Shown here: positions 10,106 to 19,080 of the stretch, one piece after another
Layout: each line of letters opens with the position of its first letter
Position numbering within the stretch: position 1 is the stretch's first letter
Virus record (IMG/VR): IMGVR_UViG_3300023296_000161
Coordinates: 1-62,690 of that record
Length of the DNA stretch: 62,690 nucleotides
DNA from: a virus
Lineage: Duplodnaviria; Caudoviricetes
Direction: 5' to 3' (one strand)
The notes under the pieces: model-generated
Told to the model about the DNA's origin: nothing
Databases searched by the model: none
What the model saw: the letters and a program-made list of their open reading frames with translations, nothing else
Made by a program: the position numbers and the translations under genes

Positions 10106-10339
10106 ATGATTGATATTGAAAAAATTAATGAACGCAAACTAGTTATTTCGAAAGATATCGAAGCGGTTCGGGGACGTATTGCCGAAGCGCAAAAGAAGAT
10201 TGCTGAAGACCAAGCACTGTTGAACGCACTAATGGGTGCATTTCAACAGTGTGACGCCTTCATCAAAGAGTTAGATGATGATGAAGCAGTTGAAGATTCA
10301 ACTGTTAGTGATGTAGAGAATAGTTCAGAAGAGGATTAA
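10106..10339 (+). CDS. Hypothetical coiled-coil protein
   Basis: AAGGA SD, ORF track. Confidence 0.6.
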   Translation: MIDIEKINERKLVISKDIEAVRGRIAEAQKKIAEDQALLNALMGAFQQCDAFIKELDDDEAVEDSTVSDVENSSEED

Positions 10340-10392
10340 TATCTACAGTAACATTCCCACAATTAAGTGGGTTAATATAAGGAGAAGCTAAA

Positions 10393-10869
10393 ATGGCAGA
10401 TAAGAAAATTACAGCTCTCACAGACCTTTCCACTGGAATTGCGTCTGGTGATCTACTACATGTGATTGATGATCCTACGGGAACACCAATCAATAAGAAA
10501 ATTTCCGTTGCAAACTTTTTGAACCTTAATCCGGTTCCTCTTGCAACCAACACCGTAGAAACCATCATTGTTAATGGTGCAGCTACACTTACAAAGGGCA
10601 TTCATCTTCTTGGTGGTGCAGATGTAGCTTGTGCAGTTACCTTGGCTGATGGTACAGTTACAGGTCAGCTTCACACGTTTATTGCTACAGAAGCAGTAAC
10701 GAATCCACCTACAGTTACCCTGACCACGCCAGGTGGTGCAGGTAATATTGCCACGTTTGATGCAATTGGTGAAAGTGCAACTTGTCTCTGGACAGGTGCT
10801 GCTTGGTATTGGGTTGCTCATGCTACAAATGTTGTGGGTGATCTTGGTACAGGTCCAGCACTTACTTAA
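10393..10869 (+). CDS. Putative virion structural or fibre protein
   Basis: [19 protein letters not shown] start, Thr/Ala/Gly-rich. Confidence 0.6.
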   Translation: MADKKITALTDLSTGIASGDLLHVIDDPTGTPINKKISVANFLNLNPVPLATNTVETIIVNGAATLTKGIHLLGGADVACAVTLADGTVTGQLHTFIATEAVTNPPTVTLTTPGGAGNIATFDAIGESATCLWTGAAWYWVAHATNVVGDLGTGPALT

Positions 10870-10887
10870 TAGTGTAATACTTTGGTG

Positions 10888-10915
10888 TGGGGGGCTTGTC
10901 CCCCCCATCATTTTT
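10888..10915 (+). terminator. Rho-independent terminator
   Basis: TGGGGGG/CCCCCCA stem followed by a T-run. Confidence 0.7.
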
Positions 10916-10932
10916 ACGAATGGGAGAATTTA

Positions 10933-11085
10933 ATGGTTGAAGTTTTATCAGAGGTTAATTGGGGTAAGGTGGTAGAACCTGTTACCAAAGTTTTTACTAA
11001 GAAGAAAGAAGAACCTAAATTTCTTGAAGAACAAATTAGAGATCATTATCCCTGTGACGTAGAACCGAAGGAAGAAGAAAAATGA
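10933..11085 (+). CDS. Small hypothetical protein
   Basis: GGAG SD, ATGA overlap with next gene. Confidence 0.55.
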   Translation: MVEVLSEVNWGKVVEPVTKVFTKKKEEPKFLEEQIRDHYPCDVEPKEEEK

Positions 11086-11519
11086 AAACATTTAAAAAAT
11101 TCGCATTAGATGAAGCCACATTTCAGACAACTATTGCTTCTCTAAATCAAGATATCCCAACGGGCAATTATTCTGACCCCAGAGTTGTACGGGCGCTTAA
11201 TTCTTTTGTTGGTACGGTAGCAAGAGCTACAATAGACGGAACAATGATCCCAGAGATGGTTGTTAGTAGATTGAGAAGTTCTCTAAGTAAAATTGGACTG
11301 ACATTTGATGAAGTCCCTATGATGGAAGGTGAAAGTGGTTCTTACGATTTACCCTTGACCAGTTTTGGCGGTCGCTTCGGTAAAGGTTTGGACACTCCAT
11401 ATGATGAGTTTGAAGCAGATGACGGCATCTCTCATCAGGTAGAGGGTGGTTTAAGTCTGGTGCTGGGTTATGAAATGCAAGAGGATAATTCATGTAGGTT
11501 AACTGCTTCTATTAAATAG
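11082..11519 (+). CDS. Hypothetical protein, possible capsid-targeted internal protein
   Basis: N-terminus MKTFKKFALDE resembles the T4 capsid targeting sequence. Confidence 0.6.
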   Translation: MKTFKKFALDEATFQTTIASLNQDIPTGNYSDPRVVRALNSFVGTVARATIDGTMIPEMVVSRLRSSLSKIGLTFDEVPMMEGESGSYDLPLTSFGGRFGKGLDTPYDEFEADDGISHQVEGGLSLVLGYEMQEDNSCRLTASIK

Positions 11520-11520
11520 A

Positions 11521-11883
11521 ATGTATGAAAATATAACTACTAACAATTTTGTAATGTATGCTATTAAACATTATAACAATCCACAGTGTGAAGGGGAAAA
11601 AGAGTTTCACGATGATATGAAGAGGTTTAAGTATATTAAACGTCTTTTTAAAAAGTATTCATTGGGGGGACAACTTAAAGAACGGTTGCTTCTCAATCAT
11701 ATCATCATTCTCAGGAACCTTTTTGGAACTGAGGCTTGTGTCACCCTTCTTCTCTTTAGGACACAAAAAGAATACCTTGGTGTCTTGAAGTCATTTCTAA
11801 TTTTCCTAAATATGATTAGAGAAGATGAATTGTCAGATATTGAATCTGACAATTACGTTTTAGAAACATTAAGGGAAATCTAA
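11521..11883 (+). CDS. Conserved T4-like phage protein
   Basis: YAIKHYNNPQC...DDMKRFKYIKRL...ERLLLNHII motifs. Confidence 0.7.
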   Translation: MYENITTNNFVMYAIKHYNNPQCEGEKEFHDDMKRFKYIKRLFKKYSLGGQLKERLLLNHIIILRNLFGTEACVTLLLFRTQKEYLGVLKSFLIFLNMIREDELSDIESDNYVLETLREI

Positions 11884-12497
11884 TGGGAAGAGCGATAGAT
11901 TTATTTGTTACATACAGATTCATAAAACTACTTGTGACACCATTTGATAATATGCCAGCATTTAAGCTGGGTATTATTGATGCAGATGGTAATCGTATCA
12001 TGGAGAAGACTGTTTCCCGTGGTATGCAACCCACCCAACTCATAGGTGATGAGATGCGATCTGCATACACAGTTCTCCACAAACTAGTATTCAACATCAA
12101 AAAGATTTTTGGCAAGGTGCCCGGACTTAGAACTAAGTTGGGAACCTATGCTGCTGCCCTATTCCTACTCAAAGATACATTCAAGGAATCTGTTGATGAC
12201 CCTGATATGTTTGAGAAAGAGTTTATGAAGTATCTTAAAGAAGAAGGATATGAGATAGACAACACAATTTCTGAGGAAGTCATTGGATTTGGTGAGGTGC
12301 TACCTAAAGGGGAGTACACTCTAGTTAATGATATCCTAAATAGTGAAGAGGAAGAATTAACTGCTAAGAAGGGTGATAAGGTAGTTGCGTTTGATGACGA
12401 AGCTCCGTTAGATACGATTCTTGGTATTGACATATTTCCTATTATTCACGTTAAAACACAAGAAAAGATTTACGTTAGTTTGGAGGACATAAAATGA
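11883..12497 (+). CDS. Conserved T4-like phage protein
   Basis: YRFIKLLVTPF...KLGIID...LVFNIKK motifs. Confidence 0.7.
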   Translation: MGRAIDLFVTYRFIKLLVTPFDNMPAFKLGIIDADGNRIMEKTVSRGMQPTQLIGDEMRSAYTVLHKLVFNIKKIFGKVPGLRTKLGTYAAALFLLKDTFKESVDDPDMFEKEFMKYLKEEGYEIDNTISEEVIGFGEVLPKGEYTLVNDILNSEEEELTAKKGDKVVAFDDEAPLDTILGIDIFPIIHVKTQEKIYVSLEDIK

Positions 12498-13066
12498 AAC
12501 GCTGGATAGAAGTATCCCCCCATAGTGGGTTAGAAGAAGATGCCCCCGCTAATAACGCAAGTAGTGGTGCAGTAGACATGAACCCTGATGGTGGTAAGAA
12601 AAAGAAATTGCTTAACCGTTCCTTGATTGATGCTCGCACTAAGGCATATCGGGAACACAAAACACGTTTAGAAACACGCCGAGCCAAGCGGGAATCAAAG
12701 AAGAGTGCTTTCATTGAAAAGATTAAAGAGGATGCTGTTTCTGAAATTGCATATGGTTCTGGATATGATGTAGCAAAACCTGTTGCAGACATTCAGCCTG
12801 TAAATGCTGCAAAGTCTGCCACTGGATACGAACTGTATCACAAGGATTTCTCTGGAGCCATGCAACACGCATACAAGTTTGCAAAGACCAAAGGCGTGAC
12901 AGTAGACCCATCTGAGATTGATAGCAAGGTTGCATCTGGTCCAAAGAAACCCAGTAGTGGCAAGACCAACAGTTATATCCTTGACACAAACAAGAAACAG
13001 AAAGTGCATATTCAAGTTGCTAATCTCGACAATAAGAGATATGAACTGAATATGTATATTGACTGA
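12494..13066 (+). CDS. Hypothetical protein
   Basis: GGAGG SD, 190 aa, C-terminal YELNMYI. Confidence 0.65.
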   Translation: MKRWIEVSPHSGLEEDAPANNASSGAVDMNPDGGKKKKLLNRSLIDARTKAYREHKTRLETRRAKRESKKSAFIEKIKEDAVSEIAYGSGYDVAKPVADIQPVNAAKSATGYELYHKDFSGAMQHAYKFAKTKGVTVDPSEIDSKVASGPKKPSSGKTNSYILDTNKKQKVHIQVANLDNKRYELNMYID

Positions 13067-13545
13067 TGATTAAAGTATATCTATTCCTGATCATCATGGG
13101 TGTGCTTAGTGCCGTAGGTTTCGGTGGGTATTTGTATTATAAGGATACCCAACAACGCATTGCTATTCTTACTGAGAACAATGCAAAGCTTGAAATTGCA
13201 ATTCAGATTAGTGAAGATAGTATTACAACATTGCAAAACGATATTGCAAAAAACGCAGAACTAAGTAGAGAACTACAGAAGGAATTGCAGATTGCAGAGG
13301 GTTATGGTGATGAACTCCGTGCAACTTTGCAAAAACACAACCTAACACACTTGGCAAATAAGAAGCCGGGTTTGATAGAAAAGAGGATGCAAAATGCGAC
13401 CAATCGTTTATGGGATGATCTTGCTGTCATCACTGATCCTACTGGGGGGGTGCAGTCTGATGCCGTCAAAGGTAGTGACGGTAACAAAGACAGTAAAGAC
13501 GGAAGTTCCAATAGTAACAAGGCCAAAGCAAGTCCAGCTAAATGA
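13066..13545 (+). CDS. Putative i-spanin (Rz-like)
   Basis: N-terminal TM helix plus coiled coil; overlapped by a lipoprotein gene in another frame. Confidence 0.6.
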   Translation: MIKVYLFLIIMGVLSAVGFGGYLYYKDTQQRIAILTENNAKLEIAIQISEDSITTLQNDIAKNAELSRELQKELQIAEGYGDELRATLQKHNLTHLANKKPGLIEKRMQNATNRLWDDLAVITDPTGGVQSDAVKGSDGNKDSKDGSSNSNKAKASPAK

Positions 13546-13777
13546 TGTAAAAATCTATGTAGTTGCAAAGGCTAACTACGCTGAATTTGTCAAGGAATAT
13601 GCGAAGAAGAATGGTGCTGATTCTTATATCGCACTATCAGTAAAGGATTATGAAAATCTGGCGCTGAACTTTGCTGAACTGAGACGATATATAGAACAAC
13701 AGAAACAGATCATTGTCTACTATGAAAATGCGGTAGCGCCAGAGAAGAAAGAAGATAAAAATGGGAAAGTTCAATAA
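13415..13777 (+). CDS. Putative o-spanin (Rz1-like) lipoprotein
   Basis: Signal and lipobox MILLSSLILLGG-C; overlaps 3' part of the Rz-like gene. Confidence 0.6.
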   Translation: MILLSSLILLGGCSLMPSKVVTVTKTVKTEVPIVTRPKQVQLNDVKIYVVAKANYAEFVKEYAKKNGADSYIALSVKDYENLALNFAELRRYIEQQKQIIVYYENAVAPEKKEDKNGKVQ

Positions 13778-14237
13778 TAAAATTTCAGCTGAATTTCATC
13801 CACCCAAGAAGTGGATTCTGGAACGAGCCCTCTCTTATCAGAATGATGAGATTGATGCGGCTGCACTACAGGCAGTTGGTGTAAAATGTCCCGATAGTAA
13901 GATCACTTGCTCTAAGGGTTTTGTCACTGACTTAGCTAGTGTGCCTCGTGCAATCTGGTGGTTGATTTCCCCGTGGGACATCGCTCGTGCTGCAATCATT
14001 CATGACCTTCTCTACAAACGCATTCGCCAGTATCGTTTCAAAAACGAAGACCCTGATGATCCGAATGTAGAAGAAGTTCAACGTGCATACAAATCTGCAA
14101 AAAAGGCATCAGATAAGGTTTTCCTGATGGCAATGAAAGATGCTGCTCCATCTGTTCCGAAGTGGAAAATGCATGCCGCATATTATGCAGTTGTTCTATT
14201 TGGTCGTTGGTCAATCATTCCAAGAGAGGAAGACTAA
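13761..14237 (+). CDS. DUF1353-like protein
   Basis: GFVTDLASVPR...AAIIHDLLY motif. Confidence 0.75.
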   Translation: MGKFNNKISAEFHPPKKWILERALSYQNDEIDAAALQAVGVKCPDSKITCSKGFVTDLASVPRAIWWLISPWDIARAAIIHDLLYKRIRQYRFKNEDPDDPNVEEVQRAYKSAKKASDKVFLMAMKDAAPSVPKWKMHAAYYAVVLFGRWSIIPREED

Positions 14238-14413
14238 TGATGGCTGAAGATTGGGATGTGACCTATTGCAATATTTGTGGTCACGAATCTCATTGTGGAA
14301 CGAAAAGGATGAAAGATTATAGACGTGAACCTTACAGCCATGGCATTGAAGGTCAAGTAGAAGTTTGTAAATCTTGTAGATGCGAAAAATGCACAACACC
14401 AGATTGGGGTTAA
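14237..14413 (+). CDS. Small Cys-rich protein
   Basis: CNICGHESHCG and CKSCRCEKC motifs, GAGGA SD. Confidence 0.6.
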   Translation: MMAEDWDVTYCNICGHESHCGTKRMKDYRREPYSHGIEGQVEVCKSCRCEKCTTPDWG

Positions 14414-14414
14414 C

Positions 14415-15266
14415 TTGAAAATTCTTATACCATTTTCGGGAGGAGTTAATTCGACCTATAATCTTTGTCGCTGGTTAACGGAAACCGATGCTGAGGTTGT
14501 TGTGAGATATGCAGTTGAGAAATGGAATGTGCCCGGATACAATGATAGGGACAATATGAAAGAAATAGAGTCTATTAGAGAAATTATTCTTTTAATTAAA
14601 TCCACTATCCGAGACTTTGATTTACAATTTGTTGATTGGTCAATTGATTACGTCAATAATAGAGTCCCTGTTCTCAGTGGATTTACAAAAGGAACCTATG
14701 ATATTGGCATGATTCTACCACGATACGAATCGTATGCCATCTGGCCATCTGAAACTGGAGCAGATGCAATTTCTATTGGAATATCGATGGAAAATACGGC
14801 AACGGATTGGGGATATCTTGAAAATTCTGAGATGCGGGGGCTGATTGAGTCTGCTGGTGTTGATATCTATCTAGGCGGTTCTCCTGATCTAACTCCCATA
14901 CCAACGGGTAAAGACCTTGATCCTGATTTGTTTCACAAGACACTCACAGGTAGATTTGCACAATATGAAGCAATGCCAGAGGAGCTTCGTGTGCTTACTC
15001 ATAAGTGTGACACATCCACATGTAATAAATTGTGGTGTATGCCTTGCGCCTACCAAAGAGGATATGAAACTTTTGTTGCAGATGGAAAAACAGGACGTGA
15101 CTTTGATTTATATTGTGCTGAAAGGGGTAGTTATGGTCCATTCCGTTCACTAGCTAACAAAGACACTTACACATATCGAGGCGAGGCCTCGCCGACCTCT
15201 AGTAACAATCGGTGGAATTATTTAGCCGATGCTGCGGGCCTTCCATGGCCTTCAGTGGTCGTATAA
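14415..15266 (+). CDS. PP-loop (QueC-like) adenine nucleotide alpha hydrolase family protein
   Basis: ILIPFSGGVNS PP-loop variant; C-terminal C..C...C..C cluster. Confidence 0.5.
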   Translation: MKILIPFSGGVNSTYNLCRWLTETDAEVVVRYAVEKWNVPGYNDRDNMKEIESIREIILLIKSTIRDFDLQFVDWSIDYVNNRVPVLSGFTKGTYDIGMILPRYESYAIWPSETGADAISIGISMENTATDWGYLENSEMRGLIESAGVDIYLGGSPDLTPIPTGKDLDPDLFHKTLTGRFAQYEAMPEELRVLTHKCDTSTCNKLWCMPCAYQRGYETFVADGKTGRDFDLYCAERGSYGPFRSLANKDTYTYRGEASPTSSNNRWNYLADAAGLPWPSVVV

Positions 15267-15269
15267 ATA
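15262..15269 (+). promoter_or_regulatory. T4-type late promoter
   Basis: TATAAATA. Confidence 0.6.
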
Positions 15270-15286
15270 AATAAAAAGGAAACAGT

Positions 15287-15532
15287 ATGTGGTTTTTTTT
15301 AATAAGTAGTATTGCCTCTGCCGTTATTGGTAGTGCCGCAGATTCTTGGTTCTCTGACACCAAGATGGGTAAGTGGTTCTATCGTAAGGTTGATGATGTT
15401 GCATCATGGGCATCTAGGAAATTGGGATTGAAGGTTCTTGCTGATGAAACGAATTGGAAGACAAAATACCCAAATGTCAGTTTAAAGATTGACAGTCTAG
15501 AAGTCAGAATAAAACAATTAGAGGAGAAATAA
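15287..15532 (+). CDS. Hypothetical protein
   Basis: AAGGA SD, 81 aa. Confidence 0.6.
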   Translation: MWFFLISSIASAVIGSAADSWFSDTKMGKWFYRKVDDVASWASRKLGLKVLADETNWKTKYPNVSLKIDSLEVRIKQLEEK

Positions 15533-15697
15533 ATGTTTAGTTGGATTAAAAGTAGAGTAATGGAACGCACTTCATGGGATGGCGGCGCACTGATTGCTGT
15601 TGGTCTTGTGGTGTTGTTCCTCGGCCCATTTGCGAAGTATGCTGCACTTGCAGCAATTGCATGGGGTGTTCTTACCATGTTGAAATCTGAGAAGTAG
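15533..15697 (+). CDS. Small two-TM membrane protein (holin candidate); not in ORF track
   Basis: GAGGAG SD; MFSWIKSRVMERTSWDGGALIAVGLVVLFLGPFAKYAALAAIAWGVLTMLKSEK. Confidence 0.6.
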   Translation: MFSWIKSRVMERTSWDGGALIAVGLVVLFLGPFAKYAALAAIAWGVLTMLKSEK

Positions 15698-15702
15698 ATA
15701 TT

Positions 15703-16134
15703 ATGGGAGAGTTGGAAACAGAGGTTGAGCTTCTTAAAAAAGAAGTAGCAGATCAAACAAAAATACATGACCGTTTGGACATTGCGATTGAAAAATTGAC
15801 CGATGTTTCCAACTCAATCCATCGTATGTTGTCTGTGCATGAAGAGAAGATTGCTCGCCAAGAAGAAACAACTACAGCTGCAGATAACAAATTAGAGATT
15901 CGTCGCATAGAACTAACCGCTAAGATAGACGAACTTCATTCCCGCATTACCACAAATACCAAAGAGATTATGGCTGCGGCACTAGTGCAACATACCCAGC
16001 AGAATAAAGAGATACAGAAGATTAAGGATGAACTGGCCACAAGGGTAGGCGTTCTGGAGAAATGGCGTCATGTCCTGATAGGAGCATCAATTGTCGCCGG
16101 ATTTGTTTTGCATAAACTGCTGCAAATCACTTGA
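15703..16134 (+). CDS. Coiled-coil protein with C-terminal TM helix
   Basis: 143 aa, heptad pattern, hydrophobic C-terminus. Confidence 0.65.
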   Translation: MGELETEVELLKKEVADQTKIHDRLDIAIEKLTDVSNSIHRMLSVHEEKIARQEETTTAADNKLEIRRIELTAKIDELHSRITTNTKEIMAAALVQHTQQNKEIQKIKDELATRVGVLEKWRHVLIGASIVAGFVLHKLLQIT

Positions 16135-16159
16135 CATTATACCATAGACCTGTTATTAT
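16131..16159 (+). promoter_or_regulatory. Sigma70 promoter giving a near-leaderless primase mRNA
   Basis: TTGACA-17-TATTAT with extended TG; ATG at 16166. Confidence 0.6.
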
Positions 16160-16165
16160 GTATGA

Positions 16166-17161
16166 ATGTCATATATTGATACCAAATACTTAAATATTAT
16201 CAGTCCTTATCTTCAACAGTTCAAGAAGAAGGGCGATAATTTATGGAACTTCCGTTGTCCCTATTGTGGGGATTCCCAAAAATCACGAACTAAGACAAGA
16301 GGATTTGTCTTCCGTAAGAACAATGACCTGTTCTTCAAGTGTCATAACTGTGGCGTTGGTGCATCTTTGGGTAACCTAGTCAAGACAATAGACTCAAAAA
16401 CCTACAAAGACTATATAATGGAACGATATAAAAAAGGTGTTGAGACTCGTAGTAGTCCTCAGCCGGAGTTCAAATTCAATGCACCAGTGTTTCGCAAAAA
16501 AGGTATTCTTGAAGGTCTTAAATCTATTAAAGACCTACCTAATGACCACCCAGCGAGACAGATTGTGGAAAGACGAAAACTCCCTCTGGAATCACTCTCC
16601 GATTTATATCTATGCGAATCATTTTATAAATTCACAAATACGATAATCAAAGGTAAATTTCCTTCCTTGGGTGGCGATCATCCAAGGTTGATTATTCCGT
16701 TTCGTGATGAACAAGGTGAAGTGTTTGCGTATCAGGGTAGAGCCTTTGGTGATGAACAACCTAAGTATATCACCATCAAGATTGATGCTGACCGTGACAA
16801 GATTTTTGGTCTGGACAAGATAGACAGGGGTAAACCTATTCTTGTTGTTGAAGGACCGTTAGATAGTCTGTTTCTGGATAACTGCATTGCAGTTGCCGGA
16901 GCAGACTTTAGTAATATTGAAGGTGGCCTCACAATCATCTACGACAATGAACCTAGAAATAAGGAGATCAACAAACAGATAGAGAAAACAATTGATCAGG
17001 GGAAGAGCGTATGCCTGTGGCCTGATACTATGGAGTATAAGGATATCAACGATATGGTTATCGGTGGATATACTAAAGAAGAAATACAAGAAATCATAAC
17101 AAACAATACTCTCTCTGGACCAGCGGCAAAGTTGAGGTTCGCAGAATGGAGAAGAGTGTAG
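16166..17161 (+). CDS. 61: DNA primase (T4 gp61-like)
   Basis: CPYCGDS...CHNC zinc finger, EGPLDS TOPRIM, DNEPRN, KDIND. Confidence 0.95.
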   Translation: MSYIDTKYLNIISPYLQQFKKKGDNLWNFRCPYCGDSQKSRTKTRGFVFRKNNDLFFKCHNCGVGASLGNLVKTIDSKTYKDYIMERYKKGVETRSSPQPEFKFNAPVFRKKGILEGLKSIKDLPNDHPARQIVERRKLPLESLSDLYLCESFYKFTNTIIKGKFPSLGGDHPRLIIPFRDEQGEVFAYQGRAFGDEQPKYITIKIDADRDKIFGLDKIDRGKPILVVEGPLDSLFLDNCIAVAGADFSNIEGGLTIIYDNEPRNKEINKQIEKTIDQGKSVCLWPDTMEYKDINDMVIGGYTKEEIQEIITNNTLSGPAAKLRFAEWRRV

Positions 17162-17170
17162 GAGCAAAAG

Positions 17171-18349
17171 ATGAACACCGCAACCGCTGAAGTTGTATAC
17201 CTCAAAACCACAGAAGAATACGTTGGAATTAAAATAGACAGAACAAAAGATCAATCTCTGTCAGAACAAGCTAAGAAGTTACTTACAGATTATTACCAGA
17301 CAAAGGATGAAATATCACCACAACAGGCATATGCACGAGCAGCGGTTGCGTATTCATATGGTGACATGGAACTTGCCCAGAAGATTTATGATTATGTAAG
17401 TGATGGTTGGTTTATGTTTGCTTCCCCGGTCCTATCCAATGCTCCTATGCCGGGTGAGAAGACACGAGCTCTTCCTATCTCCTGTTTCCTCACATATGTT
17501 CCTGATACCCTTGAGGGTTTGATTGACCATTCTGCTGAGTTGCGTTGGTTGTCAGTCAAGGGTGGTGGTGTTGGTGGACATTGGAGTGATGTTCGTGCAG
17601 TGTCAGATAAAGCACCCGGTCCTATGCCATTTATCCATACAGTAGACGCTGACATGACCGCATATCGTCAGGGGAAGACCCGTAAGGGGTCATATGCTGC
17701 ATACATGGACATCTCCCACCCTGATATTATTGAGTTCCTAAACATGCGTATACCCACAGGAGACGTGAATCGTAAGAACCTTAATTTGCATCATGCAGTG
17801 AATATTAGCGATGCGTTTATGCGAGCAGTAGAACGTGATGAGATGTGGGATTTGGTTGATCCAAATGAACAAGATGCCCGTGACAGTATGAAGGCTAGAA
17901 AATTATGGGAAACTGTGTTGGAGACACGTTATCGCACAGGTGAACCATATCTTAACTTCATTGATACAGCCAACCGTGCATTACCACAGACCATGAAAGA
18001 TAAAGGATTAAAAATCAACGGGTCTAACCTGTGTCTTGTGGGTGATACAAAACTTGATTGTATTATAGACGGCGATCCCTGTTTTGGGGTTACACTTGAA
18101 TATATTTGCAAACAGAGTTTTGCTGCTGATGTTAAAGTTCTGTCCTATAATGTGGAAACTGGTGAAACTTCCTATCAAAGAGTATTATCTGGTTCGTTGA
18201 TGAATAATGATGCTGATTTGATTCGTATTGAGGATGAAGAAACTGGCAACTTTATTGAATGCACCCCCGACCACAGAGTATTCACAAAAAATCGTGGGTA
18301 TGTAAAGGCTGAGGATTTGAACGAGGATGATGATCTTGTCTTTGGTTAG
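17171..18349 (+). CDS. nrdA: Class I RNR alpha subunit, N-terminal part, fused to split intein N fragment (18032-18346)
   Basis: SPVLSN, ISCFL, GGGVG, GEPY, GSNL, then CLVGDT (block A) and CTPDH (block B). Confidence 0.93.
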   Translation: MNTATAEVVYLKTTEEYVGIKIDRTKDQSLSEQAKKLLTDYYQTKDEISPQQAYARAAVAYSYGDMELAQKIYDYVSDGWFMFASPVLSNAPMPGEKTRALPISCFLTYVPDTLEGLIDHSAELRWLSVKGGGVGGHWSDVRAVSDKAPGPMPFIHTVDADMTAYRQGKTRKGSYAAYMDISHPDIIEFLNMRIPTGDVNRKNLNLHHAVNISDAFMRAVERDEMWDLVDPNEQDARDSMKARKLWETVLETRYRTGEPYLNFIDTANRALPQTMKDKGLKINGSNLCLVGDTKLDCIIDGDPCFGVTLEYICKQSFAADVKVLSYNVETGETSYQRVLSGSLMNNDADLIRIEDEETGNFIECTPDHRVFTKNRGYVKAEDLNEDDDLVFG

Positions 18350-18354
18350 ATAAT

Positions 18355-18418
18355 AGTAGATGGATTTCTATAGATTTGTTTTATTATAAATATAAGTATA
18401 ACAAGAAATCCATCTACT
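18355..18418 (+). promoter_or_regulatory. 15-bp inverted repeat enclosing a late promoter upstream of the endonuclease
   Basis: AGTAGATGGATTTCT 18355-18369 / AGAAATCCATCTACT 18404-18418; TATAAATA 18385-18392. Confidence 0.7.
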
Positions 18419-18436
18419 CATCTATCGGGGATTAAT

Positions 18437-19078
18437 ATGAAATACACAACATATCTATTAACATCTAAAACATCCGGCAAACAATATGTGGGATATAGTT
18501 CAAAGGGTGTATCAGCGAGATTGCACAAACACCATATTAATGCTAAACGAGGTCAGCAGACGCATTTATATAATGCGATACGATTATATGGTATAGATGA
18601 TTTTTCATCAAAGATATTGTGGGAAGGTCGTTCTAAAAAGAAAGCAACTGATATGGAAAAGTTCTATATTAAAAATCTTGATACTTATGTGAATGGGTAT
18701 AATCAAAGTCTTGGTGGTGATGGTGGATATTGTGTTCCCCCAGAGAAACGAGATGAGTTTTATAAAAATCATAGTAGGATGATGAAAGGAACGAATAATC
18801 CCAGATATATTAATGTTGATGACGAAACACTGCTTGAAGGCGCATATTCTTATTTTAAAGAACATGGTGTATTACCATTATATCACTGGTTTATATATAG
18901 TAAAACTCTTGGTTTTCCCACAAGTTATGCGCTGTGTAGATTTGAAGATTTGGGTGGTGGCAGAGTGGGATTTAAAAATTCTATGAAGAAAAAATATGGG
19001 TTGTGTGACGATGACTTTAAATATGTAAAAACTAAAGAACACAAACAAAAACTAGCAGAAGCAAGTAGGAGAAAATAA
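18437..19078 (+). mobile_element. Free-standing GIY-YIG homing endonuclease inside split nrdA
   Basis: TTYLLT...KQYVGYS...R...H; GYNQSLGGDG; AT-rich. Confidence 0.85.
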
Positions 19079-19080
19079 TC

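Noticed and set aside
18350-19080. Group I intron in nrdA or nrdB, as found in T4 nrdB
   Set aside because: Flanks are too short for a ribozyme core, and intein blocks on both sides explain the rejoining
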